A DNA stretch of 64,000 nt from Amphiscolops sp. MND2022. Its lineage: Eukaryota. This document shows positions 34,001 through 47,008 of the stretch, one piece after another (position 1 is the stretch's first letter; the number at the start of each line of letters is the position of its first letter). A model generated the notes under the pieces. The model did not search any database. It was not told the origin of the DNA and saw nothing but the letters and a program-made list of their open reading frames with translations. The stretch covers positions 47,184,001-47,248,000 of the forward strand of contig OZ076413.1 in NCBI GenBank assembly GCA_964187785.1, given 5' to 3'. Both the position numbers and the translations under genes were made by a program.

Positions 34001-36018
34001 GTATGGACTAATCGATGGTCTTGCTCCTCTTCTCTCCATCGCCATACTTGCTACTTTCTCAACACTGTGGTTGCTGTTCTCACGAAACGATATCGCAGAA
34101 AAGGTATATTATTTTTTTACGCTTTGAACAAGCAAGGTTTTTCGATAACAAACTGATTTTCGAAGGTGATTTGTAAAATTTCACCTAATTTTGTATATAG
34201 AAGTTGAGGAGTTGCCTCATTTAGTTGACTTTGTGCCCGGTTCAAAGTGGCAAATAAATGTTCACGAATTTAGGCTCGAGATATTAACTACACGATAAAA
34301 TTTAGAATCGATTAAATTAATTAAAAATCCAAAATTAGCTACATGAGTCAGTATTTTTCTTGTTGGGCACCTCGCGCCTTTTGAGTTGGGTCTCCGTCAA
34401 GGCTTGTCGCCCAGCTGCAATGGAAGCAATTCTCGATTATTTTGGAAACTTATTCTGGATAATTCAGTAATCCCAACTAAAGGAATGTTGAAATCTCACG
34501 CTGCGTTCGTTCTAAATTGAATTGATCCTCCGTCCACCATCCTGAAAGAACTATCGATCCTGCATTTGAATAACATCGAAATCTGATTGAAAATGGCTTA
34601 AATTCAAATTTCAATTGGAATTTAATTACGTTCATGTCAGTGTTGTTTGCTTACAAATTGAATAATCTTGCTCTGGGATGTTCCTCAGGAACCAAGGATG
34701 TTTTTGTGGCACCAAGGAGTGTTGTTCTCCAGCCACGTGTGCAGACTCATCATTGCCCAGATGACCTCGACCAAGGTGACCTCCATCAACTGGCTGCTGT
34801 ACCCCTACGTGCTTCTCGTCTCCTGTATGCTTCTACTGCCTTCCCAGTCCGTCAGTCTGCAGGTTAGCACTTCTATATTTACTCTAAAATCAAAACTAAC
34901 AGCTACGTCTTACTTACTGGAGATGGTGCATGTCGAAATTTACATGGTGCTACCATATTTTCCACGTGTCGGAAGAAGTTATTTGAATTTCCAGCTCTTT
35001 GAAATCGACAATCAACTTGACATGTTGGTTTCAAATTAGGTTTCGCTGCTCAACTGCTGAAAATAACTTTTCTGACTTCGAGAACAAATCTGCCCCTTTC
35101 CTGCGAAAACCTCCTTTCAAAGTTTTTTCGCCTCTTGTTTGGAATGAAGATTTTCGCCCATGTCAAGGTTGTTGAGGAATAATTCAAGGCTGAGCAATTC
35201 ATGAATGATCCACGAAGTATTTGATGATTGATGTCAATAAAATTTTATAGCGTGATATACCAAGTTTCGCATTATCTAGGCTGTCTGTCACCTTTTTGTC
35301 GAGTTGGGCAAATAAAATAGCTACATCTTGCCATCAGATGTAAATAGGCAATCTTGGCTTACCATTTCAATTAGAGGTGCACCGGACAGGAAAATTTCCG
35401 TCCGGCCGGACAACCGGACATGACTGATTGAAGCCGGATACCGGCCGGACCGGACCGGACATTATCCTCAATTGTACCCTCAATCGAAGAGCTGTTTTTA
35501 GAATGGGGCAATGAGGATTACGAAAACGGACAGGCTTTTACCACAGAGCGGTGAAAAACTTCCTTCCGCCATAATTGAGTGAATTTTGATTCACAGTCAC
35601 AAATTCAATTTTTCGATGCCTATACGCTTTTTCTAAGTTAGATTTTCCGATTATTTTAGATTATTATTTTAAGATAATATCTGGCCGGACATTGTAAAAA
35701 GTCCGGCCGGATACCGGACAGGACATTTTCCTGAAATCCGGCCGGATACCGGACCGGACTTGTTGTCCGATACACCTCTAATTTCAATGGAGAAGCTCTA
35801 AAAACATGAAAGCTCTTTTTGAAATAATTGAAAATTTATCAACCCTGGCCTTTGTGAACTTCATGCCTTTCCATCTGTTTCAGGTAGAGCTCAACTGGCT
35901 GTACGCTTTCGCCGCTTTCGTCACCCTAGCCCACGTGCACTTCGGAGTGTGTGTAGTGCGCGAAATCGCATCCTATCTCAAGGTGTCAGTGTTCTCAATC
36001 AAAAAAGCTAAATCTTGA
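31075..36018 (+). CDS. SELENOI: Ethanolamine/choline phosphotransferase (CDP-alcohol phosphatidyltransferase, EPT1/SELENOI-like), 419 aa, 6 exons
   Basis: [33 protein letters not shown], catalytic [50 protein letters not shown]. Exons 31075-31289, 31643-31875, 32928-33103, 33777-34103, 34689-34862, 35884-36018 total 1260 nt in frame. AATAAA at 36221. Confidence 0.93.
31916..32025. repeat. Perfect 43-bp inverted repeat with 24-nt spacer, intronic
   Basis: 31916-31958 is the exact reverse complement of 31983-32025. Confidence 0.93.
35372..35780. mobile_element. hAT-type MITE, copy 2 (inverted relative to 17370-17747), in EPT1 intron 5
   Basis: TIR TAGAGGTG...CACCTCTA; 8-bp TSD ATTTCAAT at 35364-35371 and 35781-35788. 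Confidence 0.92.
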
Positions 36019-37899
36019 TTTACTGTTGAATTGATTCAGAAATTCATCTGAGATGTTACCTAATAGACTGCTACCATGACCATTTGTAAAGATATTCAAT
36101 ATTTATAAAGAATTACAATCTGATTGTGCTATTTTTCAGTGACGTTTTGAAGCTACACATTGGATTCATTATTTCTGTCATTTGTATTGTAGTTTTGTCA
36201 TCGACAAAGTGTCCACGAAGAATAAAAGAGTAAAAGGAGTTTCTAGAGGGGATTTTAAACTTTCGAACCTCACTGAAATTTAATTTACTTCAGAAATAGA
36301 ATTTAAAAACGCCAATTTTATGTCTCTCAATATCATTCCGACAATATTAATGATTCCTATGAGCGTTTCATTCATAATAACCGAAGATTACTGCAGTTCG
36401 AATCGAATTTCTTTCATGTGTAAAGCATGTACAATCATTCGATTGACTTCTCTAATAGGTTCTATGACATTGCTTTTTAACTTGACTTATTATCTAACGA
36501 ATTCCAAAGGCTTGGTGGTCCGGGCAATAATTTTGCGGGCGACAGGCAGGGTACTGTATGCCGCATCTCTGACGAAGAAAAACTTATGGAAATGGGGTGG
36601 GGGTGAAAATGGAAAAACACCACTTTTCACTGAGCGAATTGCATGGAATTTTGCATGTCCTAGAGGAAGCATACCTAATGAAACTGTAGGAGCAATTTTT
36701 CGGCTATAGATTTTAGAAGACTTTATTCTACCATGTTTGCGTTGTTTTGTTGCGTTTCTTCTTTTTGTTTTTATCGTCATAACTATTTCCATGGAATTCT
36801 AGCTATTTTTGTTGCTTTTAAGTTGTGTTTCGCCATCTGATAATACGCCTGCTTGGAAAATTTGGTTGCAATCGAATCACCCCCCTCCGAGATAAAGGGG
36901 TACCCCCCGTCCAGTTTCTTCCTCCAAATTGGAGGAAACGCCATTTTTGAGCATGAGGCCGTGGATTAAGCATGCACGTACACTGCTGATGTTTTGTCAG
37001 GCGTAATGAGGTAGATCTCATGATGTGTGTGGTTTTTACCCCAACCACCCTGGGACCGAAAATGGATTTCCAAAATGTTTTCAACAAGAAGTTGTCAGTT
37101 TCATTGGTAGGTAGTTTCAAGGGCGCCCTACAGGGTATCAAAGTTGAAATCCAGCCTAGGCACAAATTTGTGACAACGTGGTGACCAGTCGTGTGTACCT
37201 CTTTGACCGGAAATGGGGCCAAAATCCCCTTTTTGACATTGTGAATCGAATTTAGATCACTTTTAGGTCAAGTAAGTCCTATGAATCAGTATGACGACGA
37301 AGTACTACTTAACTGGGGAGCCGTAAGTGACACTATCTTATACCGAAAAAAAACCCTGTGACCGGAAGTTGACCGACCTGACCGGATTTGCTCCAAAAAC
37401 TTGGACCAAAGTTTTCTATCGAGAACAGTTAACACTTGTAAAGCTTATTAGGCTCTTTGGAAACTGGCCTTTGCTGTCTTTTGCAACCTTTGTCCTTCGA
37501 TTCCTGCGTACACGGCTGGCAGAAACTGGAACACTTTCGATTGGTCCTTCGTACAAATGATGTGTTCCAGCATATCAGTCCCTGTCCTCTTCTCTGATCT
37601 CCTTCACCTCTGCCTTGTGATGACCATCATTACCAACCAGAGAATCAGGAATTTTCTTTTTAAACCAGCTGGCAAGGATTTGACTTGAAGACGGCGGGGG
37701 ATCCAGAGAAGACGGTTCCTTTCGAAAGGGAAATAACAAGCTCATCTGAAAATATTGACAATGTCAAGCGTCGTCAATGTACATTTTAAAAATACAATAT
37801 TTGATTCACTGACTTCATGTTCTGCTTGCCGTGTTTTTGAAGAAAATTTGTTAAATTTGTACAATTCTTTCACCTTTGGTCACATTTGTTCAATTTCCC

Positions 37900-39930
37900 A
37901 TTATTTTTTTGATAAAATTGAAAGACAAACAATTTTCAACTCAGTCAGCTTTGTTCTTTCAGTAACCAATCATTTTCTCAAGGATCGCAGCATCAACTTG
38001 CTAGAATTGTTGAGGATGAAAAAATTATTAGGACCTCGGACAATTTTTGAGAATTGCCTTAGGAACAGCACTACACGTTTACTTCATGCATTAGAATTGT
38101 TCTCTTTGATAGAAGATGTGACAGAGCAATAGGGAATTTTAGTAGCTTTTTCAGAGAGAATCTAGACGTCTTGTCAGCGTCGTAGCTCCAAGGTAATTGC
38201 GGTTGAAGTTTTCTTTAACAGAGGAAAAGGATGAATGGTAATAAGTAGGAGTATTACTCAGCGTTGCTAAGCCAACGGACGGACTTTTTATTTGCAAAAG
38301 TTTCATCTTAAGGTCGAGTGAAATACTGAAGCCGAAATCCCTTGCATGACTTTTTAATTAGAATGTATTTCCTTTTTCAGTATTGCGTACGCTTGCTAAT
38401 CCTAGTTTTTAATATTTCTGCTTTAGCAGGAATATTATTGAAATCTGAAAGTGTCTACTTTTTTTCAGTACAATTTTTGGGACGATACTGAATAATTCAG
38501 ATATTTTGTTGGGCAGTTACGCGTGAGAATTGAATTCCTCAAGCTGCCGACGACAATTCAATTCTAGTGCGATGGAACGAGCGAGTGGTAATTATCCATT
38601 CGTATGCTGACGTCATTGAGATGAAGCGAGCGAATGTTCGTAATTATGCTTTCGTTGCCCCGAGTTATTGAGATGAAGCGAATGAGTGTTAATTATTCCT
38701 TCACGGAGAGCTTCGCCTGCATTCAAATGCGAATGCGAAACTTCGTCTACGCTTAGTAGTTATATTTTCTTTAGTCCGAGAAGAATTAAAGGCGGTGTAA
38801 ACTTGTACAGTGATTGATTGTGCGCTAAATAATGATTAAACAAGAGTGTATTGGTATTCCAGATATGATTCATTTATTATGAAAGAATAAAGCAGAAATA
38901 GTACTGAGCCCCGGAGGGGCCTATTTTAGTTACTTCCAATTTCTCGTGCGTGCACTGCTACAACTCGCCGGTGTAAAATGTTAGGAAAAAATTTAGTAAG
39001 AATCATCAGAAAGTAGTATGTTAAAGTTTACTGAACATGAAATAGCAAATCTTATAATGTTACTCAACATAGAACTAAGTATATATTTTACAAAAGTTAA
39101 ACGGACGTTACCCAGGAAAGTGAAAATGACTATAGGTTTTTGTGTAATCCAGTTTGAGCAGTTCACTACTTTTGGGCTTTAGCTTTAGTAACTATCGCTG
39201 CGCTGACTGGCTAGAGGAGGACTTCTCACGCCATTCGGGGACGTCATCGAAAGCTTCATCTCCAGTTAGGTAGAGTTGGGTAGTAGACTTTTGAAATTCT
39301 CGCTATACGACTATGGTGTCCAACGTTCATTGCTGAAGCCTTAACATATTTCATTTTGTCATTATAGTTGGCATGTTCGAGTGGGATGGGAGCTTTAGCC
39401 ATTTCTTCAGTGTATCATGAGTTTTTCCATGGAGAACAGCTAACATTTGAATGGCTTATGCTCTATAAATGTTATGTCTGAAATAATTTTCGTTTTACTG
39501 AGGCGGAGTCGTAGGCTCAAAATTGCTGTCCCATTTCTCTGAGCACGCTATATTCGAACAATTAACGTTATTTCCAAAGGTATTTGCATTTTACTAAGGA
39601 GGAAGCGGAGGATCGGAATTATTGCTCGGAAGATTATTGCTCGGAAGAATTATTGATCGGAGGATCGGAATTATCGAAGAAATAGATATAAAATTACATA
39701 GTTTCAGTTGAAAGAAATGGAACTTGTACAATTAATGAATCGAAAGTTAACGACAATGCGAAAAGGACGTTGAGAGTAAGAGTTTAGGAGTTTATTGACA
39801 AGATTCGAAGGTTGAGAAAAGAGTATTGACAGTTCAGTAGTTGCCGATTCTTTGCGGTTCAGTTCTCTGCCTGTCTGGACGCTGCATTGTGTTGCTTCGT
39901 GACTGGTTGTTGTCTCTGACTGGTCCACGT
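37900..39930 (-). pseudogene. Possible heavily degraded CR1/L2-type LINE ORF2 remnant
   Basis: Scattered minus-strand peptides in the expected order: LSILFSQPSNLVNKL (APE-start-like), YLTGD (GDFN-like), HARDFGFSISLDLK (RDLG-like), TLELRR. Many stops and frameshifts. Confidence 0.35.
39610..39680. repeat. Short degenerate tandem repeat of about 15 bp
   Basis: GGAAGATTATTGCTC-like unit repeated about 4 times. Confidence 0.7.
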
Positions 39931-41830
39931 CTGCCGGGCTGCTTGCGACTTGGAAATTTTGGAGAAAGACTACTGGTCAGGCACCTTTGCCAAAACACGT
40001 TAGCGTACTTAGATTAACTTAGATAGTGTAGCTTCAATTTACTAAAACAACTCCTGTGTAACGATCATACCGAGTTCGCATACGATGGGTGACATGCTGG
40101 CAAGGGTCAGCACGGTAAGTTAGAACCCCTTTATGTCTGGGATGCTTTCACTTTTACATCAGAACGTCATCAGTGCAATAGTTATCCGTATTTCACCACA
40201 ATATCGTGAATATTACCTCTAAAAATGCTGACAGAGTCTAACTCCGTCCATCAGCACTTTCAATGCTAGTGTTGACTTGAGAGTACTAGAAAGGCCCAAG
40301 CCAAATTCAACTAGCTTGACAAATGTGTCACAACATTTGCCTCGCCAGTGAAGCGTCATCGAGGAAAATACGACATTCAAGACACCAACCAGGGAGCATG
40401 TTCAAAACAAAGTACGTGATCCGGTCTTGATTCTTTATCTCGATTCTTTATCTCGATACTTCAATGGGCCCTTTTGGTGAAATTGTGGTCTGTTTGCATT
40501 TCTTGGAAGCTTTTGGTCTACCACGACCAGGTATTTGCAGAGACAGTGAATCTGTGGCGTCAATCGCCTCTATGTTGAAAACCACATCGGACTTTCCTTT
40601 TTCTAATGAACTAACTCATTGCTGCCATATCAATTTTCCCTGCAAAAACATCCGCTGACTAATGCCTAGCCCGAGGCAGAACTTTTTCATAAGCTGAGTC
40701 TTTCCTTGTTTATCGCGTTTTAGCTAGGCTTACTGATGAGTGTCCAGCTATGTTCTCTCCGATGTCAGCTCATGTTGCATCCAATTGCCCCTTTCCTTCG
40801 TATTAAAAATGATCTGTCCAGTGTGGTTTTCAGGACGAGGCTCGAAGAATCTGATGAATGATTTCACACTGTTTATTTTCAGAAAGGTTCAAAGAACCCA
40901 TTGCTCGTTCGGTGATCAGAAATATTTTTGACCCAAGTGGGGTAAATAGAACTGAGTCATCACTTCTGTCTCTAACGTGAGCTTCTGTGTACCACTTACC
41001 CCATGTGATTATTGCAATTCAATGTTATCGAATATGGGTGATGTCTATCTTTTGGAGGTCTCACGGACCATTTCGTCCAAGAAAATTTTGAGGTCTAAGT
41101 CTTCCCCGTCTCTTGATTAGATACTTTTCATAAAAAGTTTAAATTTCTTCACGTGGACTTCAGGCCGTGATCGCTATCATTGAGGCTATTTCACTACTCA
41201 ATTTCTCACAATCGCTCCCTCCATTGTTGAAACTCTAGCTGCTCGAAATATCAACAAAAATAATTGTCTTTCAATTATCATGCACGTTGACACATTGAGG
41301 TTAACGTTTTACCCTTAATGCTCCTTTTGTCCAAAGTATTTTAGGAACCCACAGCTGTGCCTTTGTTCATGTTCCAACTAAAGTGTTCCAAGTAAAGTAA
41401 GAAAGCTAATTAAACAGGACCCATTCAATCAAACATACCTTTTTAGGAAACAACAATTGAATAACTTACTTTTTATTCTGGAATGTTCATTGTCGAGTAT
41501 TTCTTGCAGTTTTTTCCAAATTGCGAGACAAAATAGAACTTTCAGATGAAACAGGATTATAAGCAGTTCTGAATAACGGCGCTCCTCTAATTTCGTTGTT
41601 CTTTATGTTGAGGAAATTGAAATATTCATTACATCGCTCCCGACTAACACAGTCACTTTTGTCAGAGGGGTATCGGTTTTGGTTCTTTATACACCGAAAC
41701 AAGTGTCTCACAAGAGTGTCATTCCAACACTTTTTGACAAATATTCGAATTTCAGAATGTCAACAGTTTTTGATTAATAAAAAGGTTTTCTTTACATTTT
41801 CGTATAAACCACAATCATTTCACTCACTAT

Positions 41831-42366
41831 CAGGGGTGTGAAATATTGTATTTAAATATATTTTTTTTTCGAAAAAATAAATATATTGTTTGGTTCAATT
41901 TCAGCAATAAATATATTGTATTTATTGTCCTGCAATATTTTAGAAAAACGATAAATTGTGAAATTATTTATTGGTCAGAGAAACATTCATTTACAAGGCA
42001 AACATCCCAATGTTGTTTATTTGTATAAAGAAAGACTACACTCTCGAAATTAATAGGAAGCGTTTCCTTGCGGTAGTCAGTAGGGTGAATCGAGCATGGC
42101 TGAAAAGTCTTTCCGCTAAGTTGCAAGTCCCAGGCACTCAGTCAAATTTGTTAGCGGGAAGAATTGCAGGTCCATTTAAAATGCATATTGAATGAATTTT
42201 TATTTCTATTTTGCAATAACTAACTTTTTGCGCAATATATTGTAGAGCTCTGACAATGTTTGCCATATTCCAATAAATATATTGTATTTTTGCTCCAACT
42301 AAATAAATATATTAATTGTATTTAATTGCAATATATTGCAATACAATATAAATTTTTACACCCCTG
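41831..42366. mobile_element. hAT-type MITE (second family)
   Basis: TIR CAGGGGTGT / ACACCCCTG; 8-bp TSD CTCACTAT at 41823-41830 and 42367-42374; subterminal AATATATTG motifs. Confidence 0.9.
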
Positions 42367-42821
42367 CTCACTATATTGATTGTGAGTTATTGCTAAATTA
42401 GAAAATTCTGCCGAGTAATAGTTTTGTTAACTAGTGGACCTTTGTTTGATGCAGATTGCTTTTGATTATCTCAGTTCATGGCAGTATGCCATGTATTTAA
42501 AGTGTTATTGTCATTGTCTGGAACTTTGTAGAATTTGGAATTGAAACTTTATTCACCATTTGTAACATATTGTAAGATGATCGTTTATTTTTGCAAAGCA
42601 TCGGCATCTTGAATATAATTATTAGTCAAAGATAGTTTTTCATTTTTATCAAGAGTTAGACGGTAATTTTTATACATGGTGAGCTGTTTTAAACATGAAC
42701 TGCTTTTCAGAGGAAAAAGTGTCATTTCCCAGGTCTAATTGGAATTCAAGTTTTTGGTGGCCCGCCACATTCTGTCATATTACCTCGAGTCCTCTCAAAG
42801 AGGACTACTGCTTTGAGTTAA

Positions 42822-43348
42822 CCTTAAGTTGGCCAGGAAAAATCTTGTTCCATCCAAAAATCGGGTGCTTCAACTTTAAAACGCAATAACTCCCGAACTA
42901 TACAAGTCCGACAAACGATTTATACAGCGTTCGAAAGAGGAGCATTGGGGCTTTCAAATCAACTTTTAAACTGCTGGGCTGGCGCTTCGCCGCACTGGCT
43001 CCGAACTTTGCGCCAAAACTTTGCACGCGTCGTGTCTCTGCTTGCTTCTCAGCATGTTTCAAAACATGCTGGGGCCGCTTTGACCCAATGTTGATACCAG
43101 TGGGATAAAAGGGGCACAAACGAAAACTGGGAAAAGGGAAAATCTGCACTTATTTTTCTTTTGATTTTTTTGCCTCATTTTTTGGATTTCGGAGACATTA
43201 CGTCAATTTTCCGTGAAAAGGCGCCGAATGCTATGCAATATCGTCTGAAACTCTTATTAAAGGGTTTGCTTTACCATACAATCAGCTTGTGCTTTAAGAA
43301 TTTGCAGAAACTAAATGTGCCAAATTTGGCACATTGGCCAAGTTAAGG
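42822..43348. mobile_element. piggyBac-type MITE
   Basis: TTAA on both sides; 14-bp TIR CCTTAA(G/C)TTGGCCA. Confidence 0.85.
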
Positions 43349-43362
43349 TTAAAAGTATTCGG

Positions 43363-44026
43363 GTTGACCCTCCATGGATATCTAAGATCTTGGAACAGTC
43401 TTGGCTAAGATCCTGCCATGGTAAGATCTTATCAAGACAGTCATGTTGTCAAAAAAATCTTAGAGAAGCCCAAGATATGTAAGAAAAACCTTGCCAAGAA
43501 TTGCGCGATATAGAAAAAAAGCAGTACCAGAAAAAATCGAATTGAAAATTCTGAATGGTAAAGTCGAATATAATCTAGAATTCACTCAAATCGTTAAATT
43601 ACTGGAATAAAAACTCGTCACAATCATAAGAAAAAAGCTAAAACTAAATCCTAAAAACCCTTCAATTTTTTGGACCTTGAACATCGATTCTCATTTCACT
43701 GGAATAAAAACTAAAACTACTAGAATAAGAACTAAAACCACTGGAATAAGATCTAAATACGACGATGATTTCTGCGATCTTATTCGAGAAATTTTTGAAT
43801 TTTTGCAGAAAAACCATGTCTACGCTGAAACAGCGTAAAAGAAGCGTAAAGACTCAGCAATGTAATTATCAAAATTTTGAAATCTTGGAAATTTTTCCAT
43901 CTTAGTAAGATTCTATATTGGGATATCTTAGTAAGTATCTTGCCATGGGATCCATGGTTGCCAAGATGTAGTGAGAATTCGGCAAGTTCTTGCCATGGCA
44001 GCCAAGATGCTAGTACGAGGGTCAAC
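43363..44026. mobile_element. MITE-like element, superfamily unresolved
   Basis: 10-bp inverted ends GTTGACCCTC / GAGGGTCAAC; subterminal CCATGG and AAGATCTT motifs at both ends; no clear TSD. Confidence 0.6.
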
Positions 44027-46589
44027 GTGTGATGTTATGATTGGAATTGCATTGTCAACAGGATGCAAGTGATGAGTTTTTCATGGTTTGTTAATAGATT
44101 TGATGAGCACGATATAATGAACAAGACTCGGATTTCATTCGCGACAACCCCGTCTCCAGTCCAGTTGGGGGACATGTTGTTCATTATGTCGAACTTGGGG
44201 CCCCGTGTTTCGTTAGGTGTTAATATCAATTCCAGGCCTCATAAAAGTCATAAATTACACTATACTAGGGTACCAGGAAGCTACCGACTTTCCACTTCCC
44301 TAGCCAAAAATTTAAAAGCGTAATGAGTTTTCTATATTCATTTGACAAAAAGTCTCCAGCCATAAATTTTGTACGTTTGTTTTCTAAAGTTTGAATCTGA
44401 GATGTTCTGAAAACGAATAGAATTTACTCCTTGAGAATCCTTGAGAAGGAGCTTCTTGATCATTTACTTCGCAAAATGATCACGAAACGTGAATGATTCC
44501 AATTTTACTACGTAAAAATATTGTTTTGACAAAACTACGACAGCTTTAAGGAAGTGTTTCCATAAAAAGTGTTAGATATTAGACAGCAGTGTTAAAGAAC
44601 AGTGTCAAGCCTACAAAATTGATACTACAACCAGTAGTTTTAGTGAAAAAGATCAAAAAAGTTACACAATTCCTCAAAATACAATGCCAACTTTTTATTA
44701 GATTAAATTTCGAAACAAATATCCGTTGTAATGGTGATCACAGCCTTGAGAGATTTTTCCTCTTGCGATTTTTCTGTCAAATAAATATCTATAAAATGTA
44801 ATGCACTTTTTGGTACAATGGTGTATACTTGAGGGCAAATCACAGCATCAAACAGTTGCATAACAATAACTCTATTCACATGAGTCGTATTAATGGGAAA
44901 GTAGTACTAATTAATTATTGTTTTACGTTTTTACACAAGCCGTGTTTTGGAGGGAGGAGGGAGCTACCATTTAGAGGGCTGTTCTTCAGGGTATTTTGTG
45001 GTAGGGGCGTTTTGGGGGCAATTCTTTAGAAGGGGCTATTGTTCATGGGATCTTAATATTCAACGTCATATTCATTTCGCGGAGTCAACTTTCAACCGAA
45101 TTATTTTCGAAGATTGGTCCCTGATGAGAGTAGTTATTTTACCGTGTATTAATGTCAGCAAGCAAAAATCATGTAATGTTCTGGCGGTAGAGGCTTCCAG
45201 TGGAAAAAATTATACGACACAAGGTGATTTTGCTTCTGACCAGGCTTGTCATTTGCCTTGGTTTCGGTAACCTTCTACAAGAAAAAGGGTCTTCAACAAG
45301 AAAATCCCCAAATCAACTCGTGGAAACCTAGCAAAAGCTGCCTTACAATTGGACCTGCTCTTAACAGCGGGTCAGAAAATACCAGTTTAAGAAATTAAAC
45401 GGAAGAAGATGCTTCTGGAATTTTTCCTTTCCAAATTTATTTTCATATTCGTATTCCTCCATTCGATATGGTGAACGTTCGTATTGAAGTTAGAAGTCGG
45501 GGGTCATTAGTAAGTGTACTTCGAGTACAATTGTGTTGGCGGAATTCTAACAAGCCGATGACTGCTCAAAAATCTGAGTGTACTTCAAATTAGCTCAAGA
45601 GCTCGTTCTAAAAATCCAAATGATTGTCTAAAAATGTTCATTCATGTTCTTTTTGTGAGAAACCTATATTATTTTGAAAATGCTTTAGAAAATCTCAATG
45701 TTTGGAAAATCTGACAAGGGGAAACTTTGGCTTCGTTTAGGCTTGGTTATCATTGAGATTATATAAAACTTCCTTTTGCCATGAAAGTCTTGAATTTTTA
45801 AAAATAAATCAGCTGTTATCGAACCTCAATATCTCTGCTCCCGAATCGAACTCTATAACCACTTAACCTAACTCATGAAACTAATTATCCTTTTCCTCTC
45901 TTGCCTGAGAAAGAAAGTGAGCAATAATTAAGCCAGGTGGTTTTGCGTACTTGAAAACGCCAATTAAAAGTGCAATTATCAAAATAGTGTTTCGGAAAAC
46001 CAAGATGATAACCACTGACAATTAATTTGAAGCAGACCTTTGTGGACAACTGCCTAATGGTTTCGCTGGGGGAAAAATAGTACACAGAAATCATTTTAAT
46101 TATCAATTTTTTTGTTCTCTTAGGCAAAGATTGAGTAAATTAGTATAGTGAACTGAACAATAACTTGGGACGTGGCATATAAGTGGTTACAGGTGGCCAC
46201 GATTTAGTTGGTAAATGTTGACAGAAAGGTTGTTTCTTGAAAAAAAACAGACACGAAACAACCGGTTGAATCTCTCAAGGCTCTAAAACATAAAGAGAAG
46301 GCACGTGGTATGAAATATTCTCAAATTTCAAAAATTTTCTTCTCCTGGGATCGATTTCGGAACTTCGTGTCCAGTAACCGCTACATCTTGTAGAAATTCG
46401 GCGTTGGTCAGTTTCGAAGTCTCGTTCTAAGCAGTGAGTCAACTTTTTAATAGAACTTTTTTGTCACTACGGGGTATACATATAACAAAGAGGACAGCGC
46501 TCTTTGAAATCTCAAGGTGAAATGATGAAAGCAGATGTTGCATTTGTCCATGTTGAAAATAGGGTGCGTCGGCAAAGTATTTGAGATGT

Positions 46590-47008
46590 CTACGCTGCAA
46601 GCTGCAAAGCCTCTTTAGTGTCTAACGGTCCCATTGAGATAAATTTGTGAAACATTGGCAAGTGGAGGAGAGTTTATAAAATAGGTCATCGTATCACAAT
46701 TTATTTGATCGTCTGAAATGGTTTGGCTACATGATTAAATGCACCCAATGTTTGTCAAGGTCAAGACAGCTCTCCTTCGTGGATTGGCTTTTATATAGGA
46801 TTCTACCATGATTGTTGGCGGCGGATCAATCTACAGCCCCTTAGACATAGGACAGAGCTTCGGAAAAGAGCAAAGCTTCGGGGGTTGAACAAAACGATCG
46901 CAAAGTCACTTAAATAGTCTGATCCATGTTTCATATACCACCGACTAAAAACGGAGTGCAATGATATCCTAATCGGCATTTGACAGATTGCAAAGCACTA
47001 TTGGCAAC
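46590..47008 (-). mobile_element. 3' fragment of a CRE-clade non-LTR retrotransposon
   Basis: Minus strand encodes SFALFRSSVLCLRGCR. The 3' UTR (GCTGCAAGCTGCA.AGCCTC...AACGGTCC...AAACATTGG) is homologous to 50036-50230. Confidence 0.75.

Noticed and set aside
36320..37560. Several 77-134 aa ORFs downstream of EPT1
   Set aside because: No domain or splice logic; the sequence looks like non-coding transposon remnants whose ends I could not define.
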